Positions 52,009-64,000 of a stretch of 64,000 nt of DNA are shown in pieces; position 1 is the stretch's first letter; every line of letters starts with the position of its first letter. This DNA is from Eledone cirrhosa (Eukaryota), in assembly GCA_964016885.1 (NCBI GenBank), contig OZ024746.1, positions 99,076,001-99,140,000 of the forward strand. The letters are read 5' to 3'. The notes beneath the pieces are model-generated. The model made no database searches. It was not told where the DNA came from and worked only from the letters and a program-made list of their open reading frames with translations. Position numbers and translations under genes: made by a program.

Positions 52009-52580
52009 TGGACATGATGGGGGATGGGAGTGGACATGGTGGGGGATGGGAGTGGACATGATGGGGGATGGGAGTGGACATGATGGGGGATGGGAGTGGA
52101 CATGATGGGGGATGGGAGTGGACATGATGGGGGATGGGAGTGGACATGATGAGGGATGGTAGTGGACATGATGGGGGATGGGAGTGGACATGGTGGGGGA
52201 TGGGAGTGGACATGATGGGGGATGGGAGTAGACATGTTGGGGGGATGGGAGTGGACATGATGGGGGATGGGAGTGGACATGATGGGGGATGGGAGTGGAC
52301 ATGATGGGGGATTGGAGTGGACATGTTGGGGGGATGGGAGTGGACATGATGGGGGATGGGAGTGGACATGGTGGGGGATGGGAGTGGAAATGATGGGGGA
52401 TGGGAGTAGACATGTTGGGGGGATGGGAGTGGACATGATGGGGGATGGGAGTGGACATGATGGGGGATGGGAGTGGACATGATGGGGGATTGGAGTGGAC
52501 ATGATGGGGGATGGGAGTGGACATGATGGGGGATGGGAGTGGACATGATGGGGGGTGAGTGTGGACATGATGGGGGATGA
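52009..52580. repeat. 22-bp G-rich minisatellite, about 26 copies
   Basis: Unit GGACATGATGGGGGATGGGAGT. Confidence 0.95.
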
Positions 52581-52720
52581 GAGCAGGAGAGACGATGGTG
52601 TCGGGAGTGTCAGTGTTACAAGACCAGCCACGTGTTCTACGTGGCAACGCTATCGCCATCTTGTCCAGCCAAGTGTGTATAGTTTGCATCACTCTTCTCT
52701 TTGTTTTTGTTCGTATGCTA

Positions 52721-52900
52721 CAGTGAAATTCCGTTATAACGAAATTCACGAGGTATTAAAAAATTCGTTATAACGAAAATTCTTTATTACGAGATCGACC
52801 GAAACACATCGAGCGTGTGGCCGGGAATTGAAAAAATTTCGTTAAACTGAATACTGAAAAATTCGTTACAATGGTATTCGTTATAACGGAATTTGACTTG
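52721..52900 (-). mobile_element. pogo/Tigger-like MITE, inverted relative to 51702-51886
   Basis: TA|CAGTGAAATTCCGTTATAAC ... GTTATAACGGAATTTGACTTG|TA. Confidence 0.8.
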
Positions 52901-53059
52901 TATTATAAATATATTTGTATTTGCTTCCTAAAGTACAACATTGTGTTTTCTGAAACGAATCAAGGAAGAGATTGTTGGACAAATATATTTTATAAAGTAG
53001 TATGAAGCTCTTCGTTTTAATTCTCATTTTTCAATGTCCACATTTACATATATTGTCTA

Positions 53060-54426
53060 CTAGCAGCTAAGCCCGGTTGCACCCGGGGCCACGTTTTATT
53101 AAGTTAATAATTTGAAAAATATTATTGAAAGTTTATTATAAAGAAGCAGTTTCAGGAAAAAAAATAGAAATATGCACTTGGGGCTAGACGGCGTACAATG
53201 AGAAGTGGAGCGACGTGAAGCGTTGTTTATTAACAGCGAAATAGCAATGTCGATGATATGCAAGTTTGAAAATGCAGATTATGAAGGTTTGTATGATAGT
53301 TTACACTTTGATTGCCCTGGTAAGCAAGAGGGGCCTCTATATATTAGACGTTTATTAGAAGAGGGGGAAATAACTAACCCCAGTATTAGAACAGGGGGTT
53401 CGCAATGTAAGGGTTTTATTTCTTTTGTTAGAAAACAGTGACCCTTTCGGTTTGGCATTTCGTAAAATTCTACTGCAGAATCGATTTCATAAAACGGTAC
53501 TGTATGATCGTTATAGAAGTATTTAAATTTAATATAGAGCAACTGTAATTGAAAAATGAAAATGAAACGTACTGTAGAAGGCAACAGTTTATTAACAGCG
53601 AAATAACGTTGTCTTTGATATGTTATTTTAAATAAGACAATGAATATAAAAAAAAAACTGAATTAATTAACTCGGCAACCGAAGGGCTTATAGATCCCAT
53701 TCCTTAAGTTTACAATGAATATTAAAAAAAAAACTGAATTAATTAACTCGGCAATCAAACGGCTTATAGATCCCATTCATTAAGTTTACAATGAATATTA
53801 AAAAAAACCTGAATGAATTAACTCGGCAACCCAAAGGCTTATAGATCCCATTCATTAAGTTTACATGCATGTATTCTTTAAACTTTTCATTTGACTTTGA
53901 AAAATACTACTTACTGTTAGTGGTGGTTAACATGTATTAGAATTAAAATAAAAACACGCGTCCCTTCTTCGCAATTTAAGGGTTTTATTTCTTTTGATGG
54001 AAAACAGTGACCGTTTTCGGTTTGGTATTTCGTAAAATGGTACTGCAGAATCGATTTCATAAAACGGTACTGTATGTTAACAGCGAAAGAACGTTGTGTT
54101 TGATATGTTATGAAAAAATTGATGAGTTTAAAAATTTGTATGAAATTGTAAATAAGACAATGAATATTGAAAGCGGCTACGGAAAATAACCCATCCAAGT
54201 ATTAGAACAAGGGGAAATAACTCACCGGAAGCGATAGTAAATAGACCGTTTGGGGGCCCTAGGGACCACATTTTTCACGTTAGAGATTTGAAACCTCGTC
54301 TATTTGGTTCCTTGGCACATTTTACATAGGTGTGTAAATTTTCATGTCCGTCCGACCACGTCTACTACCGTTTAACCGTGCACAACTGAATTTCAACCAC
54401 CACCCATTTCACAAATATATATTAGA
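53060..54426 (-). mobile_element. Non-autonomous Helitron (family H2) with internal repeats
   Basis: Minus strand starts A|TCTAATATATATTTG and ends CCCGG-GTGCAA-CCGGG-CTTAGCTG-CTAG|T; three ~75-bp tandem units at 53637-53865; 53400-53505 recurs near 53968-54075. Confidence 0.75.
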
Positions 54427-54431
54427 TAAAG

Positions 54432-54600
54432 AGCGGTGGATTGACAGTATCGGTAGAGGGTCGGACGCCTTGCTTTTCAGCATAGAGTTACGCCCCTTTA
54501 TACTCTGAGTTCAAATCCTGCCGAGGTTCACTTTGCCTTTCATCCTTACGGGGTCGATAAAATAAAGTACGAGTAATATACTGGAATAATTGCTGGCCTT
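54432..54600 (+). mobile_element. SINE family A
   Basis: Matches the consensus. Confidence 0.8.
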
Positions 54601-55440
54601 ATCTATAAAGGCATTCTTTGAAATATTCAAAAGAAATTTTTAGCCACAAATTAACTAAAACAAGAAATGTTGATAGTTGAGTCTTCCAGTTGCGTGAGTA
54701 ATGGGTGCAATCTATAAAACAATTCGTAATCAGTAGTTTTGGCACAATTTCTGATATACTTAGCAAATAGGACTGCCAGCCTCCCCATACCGTCGCTACA
54801 ATGAGAATAGAATATAAATACGTAACTACTCTGCTTAGACAAACGAAATTTACAGCATTCATTAAGATATGTCGGAACGGAATAAAATTCCACAGGTGCC
54901 ACTATCTGGAGAGTAACAGGTTATATATTGTTGTAGTAAATCATGTCAGCGATGATGGTAGTGATGATGATATCACTGCTGCTATTGATGCTCTTGTTGA
55001 TGATGATGATACTGAATCAGTAATTAAGATAAAGCAACTGTTACACTTCACAGCTGTCGTATCTTCTAGGCCTGTTGAATAAAGAACACGATAGCTTGCA
55101 GAACAATTGTATAAATCCATGACATTACAAACATAGCGGAATGATATCTCGTTTATTTTCTTTCCTTATATAAATAACAGTCAACAATTCTGTAATTTCA
55201 GCTACGGTCACCTGTATGTATCAACGGTCCCGTAACTCCTGCGCTGTTCGGACTTGGTATGTATGTATATATTTCACCGACACACTCAATAGCAAACTTT
55301 AATAGAGTTTGTCTTTAATAAGTTTATACCTTCCAAGTACACTAATGCAAGTACACAAAACTGACAAGAATCGGAACTATCGCTGGTTTCTTTAACACAA
55401 CTCTTGTAAGCAAAGCAAGCTAGACGCTTCTTCAGACAGA

Positions 55441-55790
55441 TGTATGTATGGTCCCGTAACTCCTGATAGAGTCGTGGGGCCGTCGTATTGACATACAGCG
55501 TTTCTCGGGAATGTTAAGCCTGGTGGAGCCCATCCCTCTCCAGGCCTGAGTACAGCAGATTTCTTCCAGAGAAAGATAGAAAGTGAGAGAGAGGAAATGA
55601 GGAAGAGATATAGAGGAAGAATCTACCCCAGTACTAGACTGGTACTTTTGTTATCGACCTCGAAAGGATGAAAGGTAAAGTTGACCTCGGTGGGATTTGA
55701 ACTCAGAGAGCAGAGAGCCGGAACTAATACCATAAAGCATTCTATCTGACGTGCTAACGACTCTGCTCTGCCAATTCGCCGCCTTCACCT
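55441..55790 (-). mobile_element. SINE family D, inverted copy with short (TACA)n tail
   Basis: Reverse complement of 42430-42728; TGTATGTATG at both flanks. Confidence 0.75.
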
Positions 55791-56069
55791 GTATGTATGA
55801 ATATTTAAAGCTAGAAAAATCATCGGTTGTTGCACCAATAATCAGTTTTTGAGATGATTTTCATTGTAAATTATAGTCAAAGAAAGTTACTACACGTTTG
55901 TACATACACACACACACACATACATCATACACACACATACATCATACACATGCATACGCTTGTACACACCCACACATACTCACACATACATGTGTATATA
56001 TTTGTGTATATACAGTATGTATATTACAAAAAGAGAAATAGATAAAGAAAGCACGAAAGACAGGTAGAA

Positions 56070-56215
56070 TAACGGTTTCTGACATAGGCACAAGGCCAGC
56101 AATTTGGGGAGAGGGGAAAGTCGATTAAATCTACCCTAGTGCATTACTGGTACTTTATTTTATCGACACCGTAAAGATGAAAGGCAAAGTTAACCTCGGC
56201 GGGATTTGAACTCAA
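56070..56215 (-). mobile_element. SINE family A, partial
   Basis: Matches the consensus. Confidence 0.75.
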
Positions 56216-56359
56216 GAAAAGTGTGAATAATAATACTTCTAAAATATTATTTTATTCTATTACTAGATTTAGTCATTGGATTTACGGCCATGCTGGGGCA
56301 CTGCCTTCAAAGGTTAAGTCAATGTATCGACCTGGGTGCTTACGTCAGTTTGATATTTA

Positions 56360-57290
56360 CAGCTTAACTAAAAAAAAAACTAGCCCCATTATATTTTTTT
56401 TTACATTACTCATTTTCCTGAGAAAACTGATGAAACTCCGAATATATTTAGCCCAAGCCATTAAAAACAATATATCAACAATTCACTATCTTGTGTTTCT
56501 GTCCAGAGTTACAGCACATGATTCAAGTGACCTCCATTTGAATCGAAGTATCTTTTGAGACACATAATGAAGTTTATCATAACGTCTTTACAGACAGACC
56601 TAGGGATCGCTCTGAGCTCCTCCCTGAAGTTCACTGATGGTCCTGAGTCTGTTGATATATATCCTATCCTTCAGATAGCCCCCAAAGAAAGAAATCTGTG
56701 GGGCATAAATCAGGGATGTATGGGACCCACTCAAAATCAGTATTCAAACTGCTCAGACGATTTCCAAAGTTATTTTTCAGCCATTCTCGCGATCCATTAG
56801 AGCTGTGAGGGCTTGCTCCATCTTGCTGGATCCAGAATTTATTCATTAGAGATGGGTACATGGCTTATAGATACCTTTTGAAGTTTCCGAAACTACTACA
56901 TAGCGTTCCTTTGTGACTGTAATTGAGATACCTTTTTCCTCAAAGAAGAATTGGCCAATCAGCATTACATTCAACCGAGTGGAGAGGTTTCACAGCCACT
57001 CTTGTGGGTTTCTTTGACCCCTAGAATACATTGTTCTGAGAGTTGATCTTCCTCTCTAAGTGAAAGGGCTTCATTAGAGGTCCACAGCAGAATCAGAAAA
57101 TTTCAGTAGTTTTCTATCTTCTCCAAGCATTTTCTCTGCCGCGGCCCTTTTCTTGGTCTTATCAGCTACTGTAAGCTTTTGTTCAGTCTATCAGTCTATA
57201 TTCTGTACGGGTACTTCTTAAGATCCACATTGACAATCCTTCTACCCAAGACTTGACTTCTGCGCAACGATCGTTTTAGGCTATGTTTAA
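56360..57290 (-). pseudogene. Tc1/mariner-superfamily transposase relic
   Basis: WIQQDGASPH...WL...FGNRLSS....WVPYIPDLCPTDFFLWG corresponds to the QQDGAP.H / WP..SPDL.P.DFFLWG DDE motifs; frameshifted. Confidence 0.8.
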
Positions 57291-57885
57291 CAGACTTTAA
57301 GACCATGTCCATATCATCCTGTGTACGCTTCCTGTGTCATCTAGAGTGGATAGAACGGTTTTCTGACATTGTTCTGAGCTTTTCCACAGTCCTATATGTC
57401 TCAAGGATTGTATATTGGATTTGAAGGAAAATTTGTTGCAAAAATGCATGAAATTGTTCCTGGAGGACCTGATTGTATGAGCCACACTTATAGCTGTTTC
57501 CCACAGAACATCAAGTGCCAGAGCTCCCATTGGGGGTTTTATTGTCGTCTCAGACATGGTATCTGCCATGTCCTGTAGTTTAAAATTGACCGGTTGACCG
57601 CGGGGAGAGCTCTCTTTTAGAGTCGGCCATTTTATTGAATCAGCTAAACTTCATAAAATTCCATCGCCCTGTAATCTAGTATGAACATACTCTAAGGCCA
57701 AAATAGATAAAAACAAATTCAACCTCGGTGCTTATTTCCGTCTGCTATTTACTTTATTGAATCAGTTAAATTTCATAAATTTACCTCAGTCATAAGTAAT
57801 TTTCTATTATCTTGTATGAAAGTATTCGAAGACCAAGCCAAGACCAAGAGATCACCATTTCTAGCTATATAGATATTGATATAAG

Positions 57886-57940
57886 CAGGGGTCGGCAACC
57901 TACGGCCCGCGAAGGGATTTTGACCGGTCCGCGAGAACTG
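57886..57940 (+). mobile_element. hAT/Charlie-like terminal fragment
   Basis: CAGGGGTCGGCAACCTACGGCCCGCG is a typical Charlie TIR start; no partner end found. Confidence 0.5.
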
Positions 57941-58509
57941 ATGCCCCATGAGTTGTTTATTTAAATTTTTAAATAACCGAAATTTATACTAATACGTAAG
58001 ATAACAAAGCTCTTAACCAGGAAGTAATACATTTCTATATTAACACTGAATGGAATTTTATAAATACTTAAACAATACACACTTTTATATTTTTATTTAT
58101 TCCATGGTCTTTATAGTTACCTGAAGGGGCTCTTTTTAGGACCTTCAAGATTATTGAGTAGAAGCGTGGAAGTTACCTTATACCGGACACCTGTTTCACA
58201 TATCTACAACAGAGTGTATCCCACTAAAAGCACTCACAGGCTTGCAAATTTCACTTACAAACCTTTGATGAAACATGTAGCTATGGCAGAACACACTCAT
58301 ACTATGTACCTTGAAGTAAAACTGAGCTGGAATCTACTTAATTAAGAAGCGAATTTTTTAATCACACGACCATACGTGTATTCGCGTCTTTTAAATATCC
58401 AATATTTTCTTTTACTCATCAATTTCTTAAGTTTTTTCTATCCAAATGACCCCATGAATTGTTGTGTGGGAACATAAAGACCTGTTTACAATTCGTTATT
58501 CTTCAAACT

Positions 58510-58920
58510 GTGAAGGCGCATGGCTTAGTAGCTAGAGCATTGGGCTTGCAATCGGAAGGTTGTGAGTTCAGTTCTCGGACTGGGTGATGCATTGTGTCCT
58601 TGAGCAAGACACTTTATTCCATGTTGTTCCAGTTTACTCAGCTGTAGAAATGAGTTGTGACGTCACTGGTACTAAGCTGTATCGGCCATAGCCTTTTCCT
58701 TGGAAAACATCATATATAGTGTATATTGTGATGTCACTGGTGCCCAGCTGTATCGGCCATAGCCTTTCCCTTGGATCATCGGTGGCATGGAGAGGGGAGG
58801 CTGGTATGTATGGGTGACTGCTGGTCTTCCACAAACAACCCTCCCTGGACTTGTGGCCCGGAGGGAAACTTTCTAGGTACAAATCCCATGGTCATTAGTG
58901 ACTGAAGGTGGTCTTTACCT
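58510..58920 (+). mobile_element. tRNA-derived SINE (B/C-type head, distinct tail, internal duplication)
   Basis: GTGAAGGCGCATGGCTTAGT...GTGTCCTTGAGCAAGACACTT...; the GTCACTGGT..AGCTGTATCGGCCATAGCCTTT block occurs twice. Confidence 0.8.
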
Positions 58921-59051
58921 ATTATGCAAACTGCAAGAAAAAAAAATCTGAATTTGTCATGTGGGAAGAGAAGCTAAGCAGTGAATTCGAAATTAAGAAA
59001 ATTTACAGTAAATATCATTCTCTAGCGAAAAGGAAGGGAAAGGCAAGGGCT

Positions 59052-59724
59052 CTAGTTTCCCATAAACCAGTCTAACTAGTTTCCCATAAACCAGTCTAAC
59101 TAGTTTCCAATAAACCAGTCTTACTAGTTTCCAATAAACCAATCTAACTAGTTTCCAATAAACCAGTCTTACTAGTTTCCAATAAACCAGTCTTACTAGT
59201 TTCTAATAAACCAGTCTAACTAGTTTCTAATAAACCAGTCTTACTAGTTTCCAATAAACCAGTCTTACTAGTTTCTAATAAACCAGTCTAACTAGTTTCT
59301 AATAAACCAGTCTAACTAGTTTCCAATAAACCAGTCTAAATAGTTTCTAATAAACCAGTCTTACTAGTTTCCAATAAACCAGTCTTACTAATTTTCAATA
59401 AACCTGTCTTACTAATTTCCAATAAACCAGTCTAACTAGTTTCTAATAAACCAGTCTAACTAGTTTCTAATAAACCAGTCTTACTAATTTCCAATAAACC
59501 AGTCTTACTAGTTTCTAATAAACTAGTCTAACTAGTTTCTAATAAACCAGTCTTACTAATTTCCAATAAACCAGTCTTACTAGTTTCTAATAAACCAGTC
59601 TTACTAGTTTCTAATAAACCAGTCTAACTAGTTTCTAATAAACCAGTCTAACTAGTTTCTAATAAACCAGTCTTACTAGTTTCTAATAAACCAGTCTAAC
59701 TAGTTTCTAATAAACCAGTCTAAC
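59052..59724. repeat. 24-bp minisatellite, about 28 copies
   Basis: Unit CTAGTTTC(C/T)AATAAACCAGTCT(A/T)A. Confidence 0.95.
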
Positions 59725-60504
59725 GATAAATCGTTCAAACGATAAACTATGGTATAAAATTAGGTGAAAAATGTCACCTTTTTTGTAACGACTCTATAAA
59801 AGCCAACTACACAACTATATCAACAGCGGAAATGGGTTTCAAGTATCCTTAAATAGGATTTGCTTACGTAATTCAAACTTCAATACCACGCAAGTGTTAC
59901 GGACCGTGAAGAAATATGCCAAATTGCGTGATAGAACATTCACACTTTACTATGACGTTATTTTTTGTTGACTATTTTCAAACTATTTCCGGATCTTGAA
60001 TAATTGTCCGCTCCTCCCCACCTATTAAATTTTCATATTTTTCCACCACCCCCGCTCTTATTCCACCCAACACTCGTTTAGTAAATTTTGTTAATCTATC
60101 TCCGCGGCGAAATCTTTCTTTATACATTAAAAAAAAACATTATACATGACAAGAAAAGAACATTATTAGAAATCCCATACGTTATAAAATAAACAGGATG
60201 GGTTGGGGTCTCAATATGTAAACTAAATGACTAATTCTGGTTTGAAAAAGAAATCCACTTTTACATTAAAAATATATTATATATGACAAAAAAAGGACAT
60301 TATAAGAAATCCCATATTTATGAACGTACACTGTACAATTTCCGATTTCCAAACACACCCGCTTGTAAGAATTTAAGCAAATGTCCACCACCCCGCTTAT
60401 TGACCTCCCACTCCGCTATCATTCGGAATCCGAGAGTTCTTGGTATTCTATAACAATTTAATTTTATAAGTTTACAATTTTATAATTTTGCAATGTAAAA
60501 TTGT

Positions 60505-60592
<88 letters not shown>

Positions 60593-60598
<6 letters not shown>

Positions 60599-60786
60599 GT
60601 GAGGTTTCTTTTTACAAAATGAAAAATAACCGAGGTGTCCTACACGAGTGAAAGTATAAAGAAGAAAAGATGAAATCGAAAATGCAACTGGAGTCTTATT
60701 TTTTAAAAATATATATATATTTATTTGGTTCCTTTACCGGTTTCGCAGTTCTTCTGCTTTTCAAAAGTAGAGTTGGAGGGTCTGTG

Positions 60787-60790
<4 letters not shown>
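60593..60790 (-). mobile_element. Penelope-like pLTR 3' fragment in (TA)n, degenerate hammerhead at 60729-60770
   Basis: Minus strand: CTACTT-TTGAAAA-GCAG AAGAA CTGC-GAAA-CCGG-TA-AAGGAA. Confidence 0.5.
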
Positions 60791-60829
<39 letters not shown>

Positions 60830-60906
60830 ATTTAAAAAAAATTATTGCTCTGCATGACTGAATACAATAAATGTAATCTGAGTTTTTCGAATATTAATAA
60901 TAATAT

Positions 60907-61006
60907 TCGATTCGTTTCCAATTATGCAAACAGCCTCATTTTTAAAGCTAATTCTACTGACATGGCTTTAAAAATGAGGCTGCTTGCATAATTGCAAACG
61001 AATCGA
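60907..61006. repeat. ~42-bp-arm hairpin
   Basis: TCGATTCGTTTCCAATTATGCAAACAGCCTCATTTTTAAAGC and its complement with 2 mismatches. Confidence 0.85.
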
Positions 61007-61009
61007 CTC

Positions 61010-61195
61010 GGTGAATTGGCAGTATCGGTAGAGTGTCGGACATGCTTTCCAGCATAGTTACGTCCCTTTACGGTCTGAGTTCAAATCCCGCCGAGGTTAA
61101 CTTTGCCTTTCATCCTTACGGGGTCGATAAAATAAAGTACCAGTAATATACTGGAATAATTGCTGGCCTTGTGCCAAAAGTAGAAACTATTATTA
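61010..61195 (+). mobile_element. SINE family A
   Basis: Matches the consensus. Confidence 0.8.
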
Positions 61196-61213
61196 TTAAT
61201 ATTCGAAAAAATC

Positions 61214-61281
<68 letters not shown>

Positions 61282-61282
61282 T

Positions 61283-61324
<42 letters not shown>

Positions 61325-62476
61325 AATGTGGAGAGGAGGCACACGAGTTAGGATATATATATATATATATGAAAACAGGGAGAAAGAGACGATTATGAGG
61401 AAGAAAAATATATTTTTTTCCTCTTTTGTTTCTCTCTCTCTTTTTTCTGGGTTAGAAAATGATTAAAACGAAATGTTTTACTTTGTGTGAAGTGTTAAGG
61501 TATTAGTTGATTTATTTATTATTTAACAATGGCATTTATTTATCTACTTATATATTTAATTATTGTCTATTACCGGTTTCAGCATTTATATGGATTATCA
61601 AATGACAGTGAAATGTATTAGTGTCGTGTCGCACATGTTAAACAGAAGGTGCAGAAAGAATAATGTTATATACAAACAAGGTTTAAGAAGTGAAAAGAAA
61701 AAAGAAAAAGGAAAACAAACGTGCATAATGTGGAACGTAAAAAGTCAATGTGGAAGAAAAGTTAATGTTATTTACAATCACAGTCATTGAAGTTAAGCAG
61801 TTCAAAATGTGTTAATATCGCAAGAGTGCTTAGTTGAACCATGGTTCCGCGAAGGAGGCAAATGGTGGACTGTGGTTTGATATGATTTCCCTTTTTAGAG
61901 AGTTAATATGCAGGGGGAAGCAATTCGTGCTGGATGATATTTAATTTATTTAAGAAAAAGGATTAGGTAGGATGTGAGGGAGGTAACTCTTGTAAATGTT
62001 TGATGGTTTGTTGCAGTTTTAGATTGATCCGATTTTTAGGGCATTGAGTACTGGTTGAAATTTATTAATGAAATGTGTTTCCTTATTGGTACGTTGGATG
62101 AAAGTAGCGTTGTCTATGAATTTGTAAATGGGGAAAATTTTAAAGTTTGGATGTTGGTTGAGAGCACAATTGGCGATATATTCACTAAATGCAATCTTTC
62201 TGTATTCCTGTATTTTAATTTGTGATTTATGGACGGTCATACGTTGACGGAGGCTGTTTTTGTCTGTCCTATGTAGTGCTCTTGACAACCTGAGCAGGTC
62301 AAAACATAGATCAAAATAAATCAACTAATACCTTAACAGTTCTCACAAAGTAAAACATTTCGTTTTAATCATTTTCTAACCTAGAAAAGAGAGAGAGAGA
62401 GAGAGAGAGAGAGACAAAAAAGGAAAAAAATATATTTTCTTAATCCTCATAATCGTCTCTTTCTCCCTGTTTTCAT
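61325..62476 (-). mobile_element. Penelope-like element, 5'-truncated: GIY-YIG C-terminus, pLTR and inverted pLTR fragment
   Basis: ORF 62019-62324: T.KNSLRQRMTVHKSQI...SEYIANCA...FKIFPIYK...R..KETHFINKFQPVLN; degenerate hammerhead at 61564-61607; 61370-61520 is inverted at 62312-62476; (TA)n flanks. Confidence 0.75.
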
Positions 62477-62497
62477 ATATATATATATATATATTCT

Positions 62498-63314
62498 GAG
62501 TAAAGACTCTATTGGTTTTCCCTGGATTACACAAAATCTGTGGATAACATTTCTGTCTTGACTTTTTTGAAATTGAGATTGAATTATTTTCCCATATCTT
62601 ACGTTAAATATTTTCCATCTTGACGTAATAGTCACTTATATGTATGAATTACTGTTGGCTTCTTGCTCACATTAATTTCTCCTTTTTCATTTATATTTAT
62701 ACTCGGAATTTTTCCTAGAGTGCTTTAAAATTATTTGTGACTAATCCCGGTTTAAAAAAAAAACCGCGATAATATTGCTTTATGCTGAACTCCATACCTT
62801 TTGTTGATTTTTTTTCGGAATGTTTTGACTGCTGTTTCTTGTAAACAGTCATTCGTCTCATTCTGACGTCACTAGCCCTGTTCTCCATGTGTGTTTATTA
62901 TCTTAATTCCACACAAGGTGTAACTAGTCTGCTTTTAAATTCCCTTTCTGGCATATTTTAGCAGTGGGTTTGGGTTATCGTGTTTGAGCGCTAATGAGGA
63001 ACGGTTCCAACGGTGACTAACCCCACTGAAAAGTTTCATGAAATAGTCTTTTTAAGACTATATAGAGCATTTGTAGATTTTTCCAAATTGAAGGCTAAGT
63101 ATTTACCCTTAATTTTATTATGAGTTAAGACTCTATTGGTTTTTTCCCCGGATTACACAAAATCTGTGGATAAAATTTCTGTCTTGAATTTTTTTGAATT
63201 GAGATTGAATAATTTTCCCATTTCTTACGTTAAATATTTTCCATCTTGACGTAATAGTCACTTATATGTCTGAATTACTGTTGGCTTCTTGCTCACATTA
63301 ATTTCTCTATTTTC

Positions 63315-63318
<4 letters not shown>
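62498..63318 (+). mobile_element. Partial-tandem pLTR-like element (~190-bp direct repeats 62498-62692 / 63127-63318), degenerate hammerhead at 62988-63068
   Basis: Direct repeat AAGACTCTATTGG...GCTCACATTAATTTCTC; motif GCGCTA-ATGAGGA-[stem II]-GAAA-TAGTCTT TTT AAGACTA-TA-TAGAGC; (TA)n flanks. Confidence 0.55.
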
Positions 63319-63386
<68 letters not shown>

Positions 63387-63527
63387 AGTAAGTATGTTTT
63401 GAAACAGTGAGCGAGTTTGAAATTAGAAAATATATAGCTTTCACCGTATTTTTTACTAAAGGAACTTTTTAGCTTGATAACGGGGTTTAGAACCCTCAGA
63501 TAAATGGAAAAAGATGAGTATTGACGT

Positions 63528-63571
<44 letters not shown>

Positions 63572-64000
63572 GCCTTTATCCCAATATCCCCCTCTTCATT
63601 ACACCTTCCTTCTTCTTATTCTTGCTTTTAGTCATGTTATTTCTCCATGTATCTATAAATACTGGCGCAATGTGTAATGTACACAGATCAGTATTGGGAG
63701 ATTTAGTCGGGTATCGACTGTAATTAAATTCCACTGACGTAGCTATTTGCAAACAGTGGTTTTTAGAAAAACTGGACTAATGAATCATTTGTTAATACTT
63801 TGAATAAATACAGCCAATCCATGTTATTCTTAACTCATTTACTATATATATATATATAATATATATGATGTGTGTGTATACCAGCACCACCACCAGCACC
63901 ACCACCACCAGCACCACCACCTACATATCTATGTCTCTGCCTATTTAATTCCACGACAACTACCAGTTGGAAAACTACACTCCTAGCTTACTTCATATCA

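Noticed and set aside
54599-55082. Short ORFs as host exons
   Set aside because: No recognisable domain; cannot be supported without transcript or homology data. Small host exons elsewhere in the window cannot be excluded.
59982-60437. MITE with ACT..CGGAT..GAAT termini
   Set aside because: Terminal similarity is too degenerate and no TSD is visible.

Overview
AT-rich, repeat-saturated eukaryotic DNA. The SINE/LINE repertoire suggests an octopus or other coleoid mollusc (inference, not database-confirmed). I could not support any host protein-coding exon; most ORFs in the track are translations of microsatellites or minisatellites. The only long genuine ORF (44017-46548, +) is a 5'-truncated but uninterrupted non-LTR retrotransposon of R4/Dong type (RT + CCHC knuckle + restriction-like endonuclease) embedded in (TACA)n arrays. 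Other mobile content: an L1/Tx1 3' fragment inside a (TCTA)n array, CRE and RTE fragments, a Tc1/mariner relic, non-autonomous Helitrons, MITEs and many tRNA-derived SINEs. The most notable signal is a set of short elements inside (TA)n microsatellites that carry type I hammerhead ribozyme motifs. Three motif copies are intact (6610-6675 -, 6809-6874 +, 18733-18803 +) and several are degenerate. They form fold-back inverted repeats, and one retains a Penelope-type GIY-YIG fragment, so they look like Penelope-like pLTR/retrozyme derivatives. Coordinates were counted by eye and may be off by a few bases; family names come from motif recognition, not searches.
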